This document shows positions 53,085-64,000 of a DNA stretch of 64,000 bases, piece after piece. The stretch is from Octopus bimaculoides (lineage: Eukaryota), in the NCBI RefSeq assembly GCF_001194135.2, contig NC_068984.1:96979042-97043041 (forward strand). The letters run 5' to 3'. Made by a program: the position numbers and the translations under genes. The number at the start of each line of letters is the position of its first letter. Within the stretch, counting starts at the first letter, position 1. A model generated the notes under the pieces. It was not told the origin of the DNA and searched no databases. It worked only from the letters and a program-made list of their open reading frames with translations.

Positions 53085-53490
53085 GGCGGCGAACTGGCAG
53101 AATTGTTACCACGCATGGCAAAATGCTTAGCGGCATTTCTTCTGGCTTTACGTTGTAAATGCAAATAGTGCAGAGGTCGACTTTGCCTTTCAATAAAAAG
53201 AAGTACCAGTCAAGCATTGGGTAGATGATATCGACTTACCCCCTTCCCTAACATTGCTGGCCTTCTGCCAGATTTTGAAACCATTATTACTTTTGAAGGC
53301 GGTGAGTTTGCAGAATCGTTACTAGACTGGACAAAACGATGAATGGTATTTCTTCTGGCTATACGTTCTAAGTTCAAACGCTGAGATCAATTTTGCATTT
53401 AATTCTTTCGGGGTCGACAAAATAAGTACCGGTTAAACACTGAAGTCGATGCAATCGATTAGTTTCCCTCCCCCAAATTTCAGGCTCGTC
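53085..53490 (+). mobile_element. Head-to-tail dimer of SINE family A
   Basis: ggcggcgaactggcagaat at 53085 and ggcggtgagtttgcagaat at 53298. Confidence 0.8.
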
Positions 53491-56369
53491 AACTAGACTG
53501 TCCTGACTTGTTTTTTGATCTCCATACCGTAAGATATAACATTGATATCAGGTGTTTTTTTTTCCTAAAATTTACACAGAACGTCCTTCAAACTTCGACA
53601 TGGGGAAAGAGATTTGGTCACGTGATAAATGAAATGTGTCAAAAGTAGTAACACACACCATCCCCGCCACATCTTTCTCTCAGATAGCAAGGACAAGTAC
53701 ATGATCAAAAAAGCTAGACAATGAGATCATAGCTTCAAAAATAGTATCACTTCAGCATGTTTGCGTCTGTATGCTTGTGGTAATTAAGGAACAAAACATT
53801 TTGATAAGCAATTCACTCCAACATTTTAATTATTTCAAGAATGGAATGAATGTTAAATTAGATTTAAAATACAATTTCTAAACCACTTCAGTTTTTTTTT
53901 TTTTATTTTTTTTTTTTTTTTTTTTNNNNNNNNNNNNNNNNNNNNNNNNNNNNNNNNNNNNNNNNNNNNNNNNNNNNNNNNNNNNNNNNNNNNNNNNNNN
54001 NNNNNNNNNNNNNNNNNNNNNNNNNNNNNNNNNNNNNNNNNNNNNNNNNNNNNNNNNNNNNNNNNNNNNNNNNNNNNNNNNNNNNNNNNNNNNNNNNNNN
54101 NNNNNNNNNNNNNNNNNNNNNNNNNNNNNNNNNNNNNNNNNNNNNNNNNNNNNNNNNNNNNNNNNNNNNNNNNNNNNNNNNNNNNNNNNNNNNNNNNNNN
54201 NNNNNNNNNNNNNNNNNNNNGGGGGGGGGGGGGGTCTTGTAAGGTAGTGAAAATACGGTGTCCAAATGTTACTGGTAACATTTCATGCAGTTAAAGCATA
54301 TAATAGATTTTATACACGTACCACATACGGTTGATAAAAAAAAAGTAATTGTTAGACCTCTCACACACACACACACACTGACACAAACCCGTTTTCTTGA
54401 GTTCAAGCCTCTTGCTATTTGTTGTCTCTCTCTGTATACACTAAGCTCTCGGTCTCTATGCAGTCGCATGACCTTCTAGAAATAACGACCAAAATGACCA
54501 AATATCCTTTAAATTACTATGATGTAGAAACGCGGTGTCTGAAATAAAAATTAGAGTGGTCATAGCTGGAGTGAATTCGATCATAGATCAGTTCAATTCA
54601 AGCTAACTGGATGCTTAAAAAAAACAACTTTTTATGAGAGGAGTTCTGAAAGTGGTCGCACGATCTGTTACAAGTAGCAGTCAAGTCTTCTTCAAATGTT
54701 ATTCTAAATATACAAAGAGATGAGATGAAACTATCTGGAATATCTTTGTTCATACCAGAAGACATTAAGAGACTTATGTTTGAGGAATCCTTTTCAACTA
54801 TAAATTTGTAGCCTTCAGAAATAAATTACACATTTTACATAGGCACACTGATGGCTGTGTAATCAAGAATTATTTGGCTTTGCATTCACGATTCTGTACG
54901 TTGGTTTGTTTTTTTCAACGGAAACTACAATTCTGCCCAGGCGCGCGCGCACACACTCGTCTCCCGACTAGTTAAATAATCCATCTTGTGAAACTTAGTC
55001 TCCATTTAGAAGTCTGTTAGTTTTGTCTGAGACTTGGTTGTATCCAGTCTTTCAATCTGACTCCACTGTCATTAAATATTCTGTAATCCTTGAAATTCAT
55101 TGAAAATAGCCTAAAAACTAACACAACACACGCGTCTTAGGAGACGAGAATCGGTACATTTGCCAGAATGCTCTGGTATCAGTGTTCAAGTGAGTTAGCT
55201 TTCCTTATGGCAGGGTCTCGTTTATATTTCATATCTTGCATGAAAAAAGTACAAGTGTCGAAATAATTGACTAAAATTGATGAAGGCGCTACTCCAACAG
55301 GGCCACCTCTAAATGGTTTCGCGCTTACAGAAATTGACCATTAATTTCGAGATACGGTCTGTAATTTCGTTCTGACAGAAACTCGTATTGCGTAGTTTTA
55401 AATTGTTAACAATTTAATATTACACTTTCTCTTTAGCTCAGTGGTCACTTACGTTTTAATTAAGATCAAAGTATATAGTTAACGATTTCAAAAACATTTC
55501 ACACATATACATATAATGAACAATGTATGTATGTTATATATATANNNNNNNNNNNNNNNNNNNNNNNNNNNNNNNNNNNNNNNNNNNNNNNNNNNNNNNN
55601 NNNNNNNNNNNNNNNNNNNNNNNNNNNNNNNNNNNNNNNNNNNNTATATGAATGTTGTGTTTCTATCACCAACACTAACAGTAATATAGATTAGTCTGAA
55701 GTTGATAAGCAAATTCATTTCAAATAAAAACATGTATTTTAAACGTTGAATGAAATGACTTTGATCTTGAGTCTATGACGATTGACTTTAGAGTAAATAG
55801 CCACAAGAATACAATTAGCAGCTATGACCACTACAATGCCAACAATACCCACCCACCATCACAAACATTTAAACCATGCAACCCACATCATTACCTCCAT
55901 CAACCCACCGACTGACTACAACAAATCTCAGCACGTACACCAACATGTATATGTGCATGTGTGTGTGTATTTGTTTTGAGTCAGAATTGCAAGATGGCGA
56001 ATTGCCTATAAAATCTGGTGACCCTTCAGCTAACTGTAATCATATAGTACTTTCTCTTCCCCAGTCCTTCACCTTTTCATCTCATTTTCGTTGTTACATC
56101 TACAGCAAGGGAGGGGAAACCTTTTAGTGTGGCAGGCAAAAGTTTACAAAAGAAAAAAAAAAACATGTCCGCGGGTGGATCACAGGTTCTACTAACTCTT
56201 TTATCTGTGTAAATATTGTATATATCTGTGTACAATTTGATATCTATACATATAAATTTGACATGAGCGATTCTTTCTTGTCTTGGGATTCACGATCAAA
56301 CAGCTGGGTGGAATTGCACGAAACATTACACACAAGTGTAGAATGCTCCGGTGGTGATGCTGGGCTTTG

Positions 56370-56592
56370 TATTTCTTTCACAGCTCCCATGGTTACCGAG
56401 ATAATCTACTATAATAATATTCTTGTTTATGAATGAGAAAGGAAGAGGTGATAGATGAATAAGGAAGGAAGGGGTGATGTCATATTTTTTCATAGCTCCC
56501 ATGGTTACCAAGATAATCTACTATAATAATACACTTGTGTTTATGAATGAGAAAAGAAAAGGTGATGGATGAATAAGGAAGGAACGGGTGAG
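56370..56592. repeat. 112-bp tandem duplication
   Basis: agctcccatggttacc(g/a)agataatctactataataat...gaataaggaaggaa at 56382 and 56494. Confidence 0.9.
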
Positions 56593-57967
56593 CGTTTCAA
56601 CTCTTTGAATATATGTTTGTGTATGTAAAGGGGGGGGGTGAATGTGTGTGTGTGCGCGTGCACAATGGCAGTATTTGGGTTTACTTTTTGATTTGGTTGA
56701 ATCTTGGTTGTTTTTCTTTTTGTTTTTTAGTCAGTTATTTTTAACATTTTGAAAGAAAAATGTCATTCTAAAATTGTTTTTTAACGTAAGCGTGTCCAAA
56801 CAAGTCGAATGCTTACACAGAACAAGTTTTACAGCGACATCATCCAAACCGACCAGGTGAAACTGGGCTTAGCTGCTAGTACATTAATAAAGATAAGTCT
56901 AACACATTAAATTAACATGTAACATCTTCATTAACGCTACCACTGAATTTAGGACATTTATCTCTATCTATAAAAGTGAAATGGGCGAAAGTTGTATGTT
57001 TGCATGTCTCATTTTGTGGTTATGCAAGGTTCAATGGCAGTAGGCATGCTCAGATTGCGGCAAAAATTTACAGGGACATGTCAAATGAGGCGAGGAAGCG
57101 ACTGGACTAGCTGTGTTTACAAGGGCAACAAAAACCCAGACTTTGACAAGTGTTTGTCGTTTCTCTCTTTCGGATATCACCGTCTTCCCTGATCTTTCTC
57201 TTTCCTCCCTTCCCTCCACATTCTCTCTATAACGACGTATGACAGCTTCCACTCTCCCTCTCCGTCTTCGACGTCAATCTGTCACTATTTCTCCCACCGC
57301 CTATCTGTATCTATGGAGAGAAAGCGTTGACAGCATTACTTCTGTAAGACAAGGGATTCCTCTGTGAGTGTGTGTGTGTGTTATTAATTTTTATTGATTT
57401 GGTGGAAAATTCCTGAATAACCTTGTTTGTTGCTTATGACGTTATGGAAACACTTGCATTTATAAATAAGTCGACCATTTCAGATTTGTGTAACAAATAT
57501 CACTTTTGACAACTGATGTTATTGTAAAATTGGGTATATTAGAAAGTCTGAAGCAATAACTTTAAAAAGTAAAATAACATTTTATACAGTTTTTCTTGTC
57601 TGTTTGCATCACAGTCTCTCGCTTCCCTCCTTTTTTTTTTCTCTATTTATCTTTCTCACTCGTACCTTCTCCTCACTAACTCTCTCACTCCTCCCACTCT
57701 TTGCTTCTCTCATTTCATTGATCTTCCACCAACACTACTGTCCCTAGCTCTTTCACTCTACCATTTGTGGTTTCCTAATGTTTACCTAATTAACTAATTA
57801 TGTAATTTACTGTGTGACTTCTTAATGCAATCATTAGAACAATTTCATGTATCATATTATATTGATGTGGATTGAGGAGAGTAGAAGCTAGTAAATCGAT
57901 TAGTTAAGCTACAGATTATCGGGTTCTTGTATTAATCTGTGCCATCATTGGTGTGAAGGTTGCATGA

Positions 57968-58089
57968 CATCACATTGTAGTTTAACATATTTTGTAATGT
58001 AACATCACAATGTACTTTTACAAGTCTGTGTTCCATAACATCACATTGTACTTTAGTATGGTTATGTTACTAGATATCACATTGTACTT
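57968..58089. repeat. Four conserved 15-16-bp cores at 35-36-bp period
   Basis: catcacattgtagttt (57968), catcacaatgtacttt (58003), catcacattgtacttt (58039), tatcacattgtactt (58075). Confidence 0.75.
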
Positions 58090-60710
58090 GTATGTTAGGA
58101 ACCAAAGGAGTTTCTTCTACATGGTAGCTCACTCTGCTGTAGATAGCAGCCAGATAACTCTCAACATACTTTCTGTGGTCTAAATGTAAGGAAACATTGA
58201 ATTAATGAAGTAAATGAGGTATTGACGCCCCACTGCATTCCATATTAATTTTAATTGAAATTCCAGATAGTCTCTCCCTGCCTTTTCTGACCAGCGTCAG
58301 TCATTTACATAATGATTGCTCTAATTACTAAAGCTGTAATTTTAATTAAAATTTCTTGTCTTACATTAATCTACACCACATTAAGTGTGCTAGTAGTACT
58401 TGATAAACAACATATGTCTGTTAAAATTCTCTCTTATCTATCAGTCTTGATTCCATACCTTGTAGCAATGTTTCTAAAATTGGATTCCAAGGGACACCAG
58501 GATTCCGTGAGCATAAAGAGTCATTTAATAAAAAATTATTTTATTAAACAGTTGTTATTTGCCATTTTCTGAATAAGTTGTTAATTAATTTTATTTTTAT
58601 GAATAAATTCTCTCCTTTGGACAATTTCTGTTCCATTTGATGTTTTTAAAATTATGGTGATGATGGTGGTGGTCCGTAAAATATTGATATGGGGCTCTGC
58701 AGTTTTTGTAAAATCATAAGCAAAATAAGTTTGGGAACCGCCACTTACTCTCATATACATTTCCATGGAAATTCTGGTGTTTTATATTTTAGACTGCATT
58801 TTATATATATATATATATATATATNNNNNNNNNNNNNNNNNNNNNNNNNNNNNNNNNNNNNNNNNNNNNNNNNNNNNNNNNNNNNNNNNNNNNNNNNNNN
58901 NNNNNNNNNNNNNNNNNNNNNNNNNNNNNNNNNNNNNNNNNNNNNNNNNNNNNNNNNNNNNNNNNNNNNNNNNNNNNNNNNNNNNNNNNNNNNNNNNNNN
59001 NNNNNNNNNNNNNATATATATATATATATATATACAAAAGTCAAGGAATAAAAACTATTTCAAAAGCTCCTTAATCTTAAACATGTTTTTATTTGAAGAA
59101 AAACATGCAAAAAGTAATTAATTATAGAAATAAAATATCAGAGTTTTTAAGATAAATACAAATGTGCATAAATCTGTCTTCACATACAAGGTTATATATC
59201 ACATTGCTATCTGGATGTTAATACAAAAATGAAAATAAATTTTGGGATTGTATATCGTTGCTACATAGTTTTTCCATGTGATTCAGCTGTCTTCACTCAA
59301 CTAGAATATTTTCAACTCTGTCAAATAACTCTCAGTTACAAATCTTGAGCCATTATTATTCACATAACCACAAATGTCATGACATTTGAAAGAAAGACAT
59401 AATTTTTTATTTTGAGACTTAACTCAGTATTTTGATATCCAGTGCCAAGTTAGAGTTGGCGACAGAGTTGCAGCTCAGATACTATAAAAATAATGTAATC
59501 ACTGAAAAAATATATATAACCAAGTGCGCATGGAGGTAATTCTAATTACGTAAGCAATTAGGTAAACTTGTTATTTTAAAACTGATTCTGTTAAACATCA
59601 TACCATTCGCTTTAAAATTTACATACCTACTTTCAATACGTGGCAGTAAGATTATGAAATATTTTAATTTGAGAATGTTTTGTTCCAGTATGTATTTGCC
59701 TTATAGCTGCTGTTAAACATAGATTTTAGATTTTATTTTGATGAACATTAGCGTCATTGGTTTCAAGTTCCCAATGAATAACCTAACCATTAGTTCACTG
59801 CATAGCTTATGGTGATTGTGTTACAGTGTTCTGTAACTTTGTGTCCCTGTCCAAATGTCCATGACGTATGAAATGTCTATGACAGGATTCCTCAGCTGGG
59901 TGGCCTAAATAAATATATTAGGTAATATTGATTTCTCTTAAAATCGCATACCTTATAAGTAAACAGAAATAGAAAGTTAAACAACGACCATGTTTTTCTT
60001 GAATACTTTAGTAGTGTCAAAGAAGAAAAGTGGTTGAATTAGGGGTGGAAACACGGTAGATAGAATTAATATCCATTAATAATCTGGTCTTATTCAAACT
60101 GTTGTGTGTCTTGCTGTCTATGTAGTTTAAAGGTGGCTCTTGATTAGATTTCATTCAACAGTTTATACAGCAGAATGTTGATCAATGTTCAACAAACAAA
60201 CTATGTGTCACCCACAGATATAGAGTTACAGAAATACCCTACCTCCTCCTAGTCCAAGACCATATATCAGGTTGGCACAAAAATGATTGTAGTTTTTAAT
60301 TCTATACTTTGAAACAACATAGGATCTTTTCTGTTTGGCTGCCAGCATTTCAAAAATTAAAGTTTATTGAAAATTTGGCACATTAATATACTTTTCCAAG
60401 CTAAGTTGCTGGTGTTATTTCACTTTTTCCAGAAAAATGTTTTTAAAAAGTTGTAGAGGTTTAAAGTTTGATCATTTTCACCCAATCAGAAAATAGGATT
60501 TGGAAGCTGTCATTTTGTGCGTGACAGCACATTTTGTTGTCAGCATCTTGAAAATAGCACGTATTGTCAATATTTGTACTCTACACACAGAAAACAAGTA
60601 AAAACACATCTTTTGTAGTTTGAAGCATTCAATATACATTTAATGTGATAGCATAAACTTAAAAGATTCATCCAAAAACGTTAATTAACTGTTATTTTTA
60701 ACGCCCTCAC

Positions 60711-60836
60711 TTAAGGCATCCCTTGGCTGGTGTACAAGGTTTATGAAATGTCACAATCTTACACTGAGACAGAGGACTCATAGTGCACAGAAATTACCTG
60801 CTGACATACATGTAATAGATGTGCAAAAGAGCCACA
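60711..60836 (+). repeat. Inverted copy of a pogo HTH-coding segment (62014-62131)
   Basis: Translates ASLGWCTRFMKCHNLTLRQRTHSAQKLPADIHVIDVQKSH. Confidence 0.9.
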
Positions 60837-60840
60837 TGTT

Positions 60841-62795
60841 CTTTTAAGGTTCAAATCAAGAATTTTATCATTGACCCGACTATAAGTCACAGCAACTTTT
60901 TTGATGTTGGAGAGCAAAGTTCAATTAGGAATCATGCCAATATAGTTATCCCATTAAGTCCATGCATTTTAGAAACCGTTGTTTATAATGTAAAATTTGG
61001 ATCCTTGATATCGCTAGTTGACTTGTTTATTTTATTGAGACTTAATTGCCTCAATACTTTCCCTTTATTTTTTGATTTATGCCTTTCATTATTAGGACAC
61101 TTTAGCAGCAACTGACACACAAAACCATGCAGTCGTATGTTCTGTGATTGGAAAAAAATGCAATAAACTGTTTGAAATTGTAAGGAAGTATATGAAACAT
61201 TGTGACAAAAATTGGAAGAATAAATGAAAGAAGAATCGAGTTATACTAATCATCGCTTTCACCAAATAACTAGTAAAACACCTTGGTTGTGATGGTCTCG
61301 TTGTATAACCCTGATCCTCGTCTTCACTTGACTGATCTTCATTAACTGATGAAGCACTGGGGCTAACAATTCTTGCACAGGCGAAGTCATTACATAGCTC
61401 GTCATCTTCTGCACCATCCATGGAATTTGAGATCCCGCACTTCGAAAATGATTTCAGCCCATGAATCTATCACCCACTGGCAAACAGTCTTACGGTCAGG
61501 GCATTTTAAGTTCCCAGCCTTTGTCATTTCCTTGTCACCACTAATTATCCATTCGTTCCACTTGGCATACATGTTCACCTTAGAAGGCTTGTTCACCTAC
61601 ACATCGAGTGGCTGAAACACAGGAATCACACCTTGGTAGCTCCTTTAATCTATTTTTTATGCTGTCGATAAGATGAACCCTGAACATATTCCATATAGCC
61701 CCTGGGCTCTTGAACTACACATTGTTTAACCAGTTCATTAATACGGCTTCATCCTCCCACCCTTCTCCTGAACATACACCACTATGCCCTTTGGAAACTT
61801 CCCTTTTGGGAAAGTCTTTCTTTGAAAACAACAGCAGGGGTTTCATACCGTCAGCCATACAAGTTAAAATTGCAGTCAAGTGGGCCTTGTCGCTCCCCGT
61901 AGTTTTTACCGAAATTGTGTTTTTCCCTTTAATGTCAACTGTCCGAGTTCCAACCATATCAAAAACAAAGTGGGGTGTTTCATCCATATTACTGATTGCT
62001 TCCAAGGCAAGCTTGTGGCTCTTTTGTACATCTATTACATGTACGTAATTTCTGTGCACTATGAGTCCTCTGCCTCAGTGTAAGATTGTGACATTTCATA
62101 AACCTTGTACACCAGCCAAGGGATGCCTTAAAATCAGACATATCATGTTCTTTAGTCACTTGGAGAGCCTACAATCTAATGATGTTTCTCACAACAACAA
62201 GTCCGTTTGTGCATAGTTCAGTCACCCAATTTCTCAAAATAGTTTCCATCTCCTCATTGGGACCCAATCCTATCCTAATTTTCTTTAACATTTTGATGTC
62301 AACAGGTTTCATTTTCTCCTGTTACAAACACCAGTCCCTGACCATTTTTTCTGAGACCCCAAATTCTCATTCTGCAGCTTGATTTGAATGTGACTTCGTG
62401 CATTCAACAACTTTCAGCATGAAAGTAATATCATACAAATTCCTCTTTCTCTTCATGTTAACAAATAACATAGCGTCAAATTGAAGAAAGACAGGTATGA
62501 TACAAAAACAAACAAGCATTAAACTCACTTTTTTAAAATTAATTGTTTATTTCATACTAACAGATGTAAAGAAATATCTAAAGAAATATCTAAAGATTAT
62601 CTTCCATATACTTCTCAGCTTCAGAATTAGTGATTCGGGTTTTTATGGTTATTCCAAGTGTCGGAACTTCAGATGTAGCTTGTATCTAGAAAATATCTGA
62701 AGATTTTTTTATAGGATGCACTTATAAGTCGCACCACCAACCTTAGGTGAAAATTTTAGGGGGCAAAAGTATGACTTATAGCTGAGTATACATAG
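60841..62795 (-). mobile_element. pogo-family DNA transposon relic, 3' TIR lost
   Basis: 5' end TA|ctatgtatactcagctataagtcatac with gcgacttata subterminal motifs; the other end has gacttatagtcggg but no terminal TIR. Confidence 0.8.
61290..62456 (-). pseudogene. pogo transposase pseudogene (Brinker-type DBD, CENP-B-type HTH, DDE_1), POGK-like architecture
   Basis: MKRKRNLYDITFMLKVVE...FGVSEKMVRDW; FKASLGWCTRFM; ISNMDETP...TISVKTTGSDKAHLTAILTCMADG; QPLDVCVNKP; several stops and frameshifts. Confidence 0.88.
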
Positions 62796-63133
62796 TAAGC
62801 AACACATCTTTTGTAGTTTGAAGCACTCAATATGCATCTAATGTGATAGCACGAGCTTAAAAGATTTATCTAAAATCATTATTTAGCTGTTATTTTTAGC
62901 ACACCTCATAACCACCTCAATGACAAAAAGAAACAAGTAAACAACACGTCTTTTGTAGTTTTATGCATTTAATGTGATAGCTTGAACTTAAAAGATTTAT
63001 CTAATAACAAAATAGCACATTACAAATTAAATATTTTTAAAATACAAACATTTTGTTGACCAGTTCATAAATTCACATGCTCAATTGTCTACACATGCTT
63101 TCTCACAGACAAAAGAGTTCTCATGTTCTGCTT

Positions 63134-63147
63134 GTTACTATGGAAAC
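63134..63147. promoter_or_regulatory. RFX X-box-like motif with a nearby reverse CCAAT
   Basis: GTTACTATGGAAAC fits RTHNYYWTRRNRAC; ATTGG at 63172-63176; motif match only. Confidence 0.2.
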
Positions 63148-63789
63148 AGGCATGAATGTGTCTGGCTTATGATTGGCTAAAATTACCCCAAATTTTCAAA
63201 CTTTAATTGCTAATAATTCTTTATTTACTGATTTATAGTGAAAATGATTTTCATATCAGTCATTAGCTTAATAAAAGTGTATCATTACACTGAATATGAA
63301 ATCAATTTGAACAGGAATTGATGCTGGTAGCCAAATGGAGAAGCTAGAATAACTTTTATTAATCAGAATAACAACCGTTATTATTTGTTTACATGTTTTA
63401 AGGCCCCAGCCTATCTAATCAAGCAGATCTACAGGAAATTGCATTCTAGCCATGACCACATTGTCTAGTTTGTCCTTCTTTTGTAATTTTTAAGATGGTG
63501 GAACATATGAGGAAGATTTTACTGATGTTTCTGGCAAGTCGATCGACTGTACAAAGGCTCCCACATTGGTTCACTGAAAGTTTCAGCTCCTGTACAGTGT
63601 TTATGAATCACCTCTGTTCATTTTATTAAAGGAGATTTGTATAATTGTAATCAATAGATTCTGCAAATTCGGTCAATAAATCATTAATATGCTCAATATA
63701 TTTTATGCTAATGCAGCCAATAGATTATGTTAATATGGGTAATGGATTCTGCACTGCTCCATTTTAGAACAACCGCATAATTAGCTGCT

Positions 63790-64000
63790 GCTGTTGTTTA
63801 ACCTCAACTCTGCTCTAGTCGAGTAAACCTAGTATCAAAGACATTCTAGTCGTGGTTATCTTGCCTTTTTTCCTAAGGTACAGGGATCCCAGAACCACAT
63901 TATCTAATGTGTCATTTCCTAAGACAGTGCACAATGAGCTGGAGATTTGATTGCTACTTCTAGCAGCTTGTGTGAACACGTAGAGGGTCACTCGTTGACA
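63790..64000 (+). repeat. Old interspersed repeat family D, unclassified
   Basis: Recurring motif order tttagcc...gtc...agacctatgatcaaaggc(a/g)ttccag...tttgagggagatttg...ctattttctagcag; diverged copies near 10225, 12920, 17150, 21170, 23500, 32620, 33940, 49540, 54470 (minus) and 63400. Confidence 0.5.

Larger units (their letters stand above)
2463..59013. other. Assembly gaps (N runs)
   Basis: N runs at 2463-2919, 3952-4135, 6738-6784, 8088-8187, 8688-9289, 28236-28477, 53926-54220, 55545-55644, 58825-59013. Confidence 0.98.
60591..63003 (+). repeat. Three diverged copies of a roughly 100-130-bp unit flanking the pogo element (60591-60709, 62801-62910, 62931-63003)
   Basis: Shared aacac(a/g)tcttttgtagttt...taatgtgatagc...cttaaaagatt. 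Confidence 0.8.

Noticed and set aside
57026-57110. p53-like half sites (AGGCATGCTC, GGACATGTCA) and a short protein-like frame
   Set aside because: The half sites are too far apart for a canonical element, and the frame is under 40 codons without splice support.
57968-58089. CRISPR array
   Set aside because: Eukaryotic context, repeats of only 16 bp, spacers of 20 bp and no cas genes.

Overview
AT-rich, repeat-saturated eukaryotic scaffold with nine N gaps, mostly flanked by microsatellites or homopolymer runs. The SINE families and microsatellite content resemble a coleoid cephalopod, most likely Octopus (inference from pattern recognition, not a database search). I recognise no intact host gene, rRNA, real tRNA or CRISPR array. 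Nearly all ORF-track entries are microsatellite or gap read-through, or transposon debris, so the window is probably intergenic or one very large intron. Decayed mobile DNA includes RTE, Penelope-like, CR1/L2-like and Jockey/I-like retroelements, two mariner relics, a pogo relic, Helitron termini and many tRNA-derived SINEs. The most notable structures are: (1) a minimal hammerhead ribozyme motif just downstream of a tRNA-like Pol III head inside a Penelope-like locus; (2) a 90-nt near-perfect hairpin whose two arms are each a hammerhead-like core; (3) two related GG-terminal MITEs with exact 8-bp TSDs, one nested in a mariner and carrying telomere-like repeats; (4) several long local inverted repeats; (5) a 35-36-bp-phased array of ACAWTGT sites.
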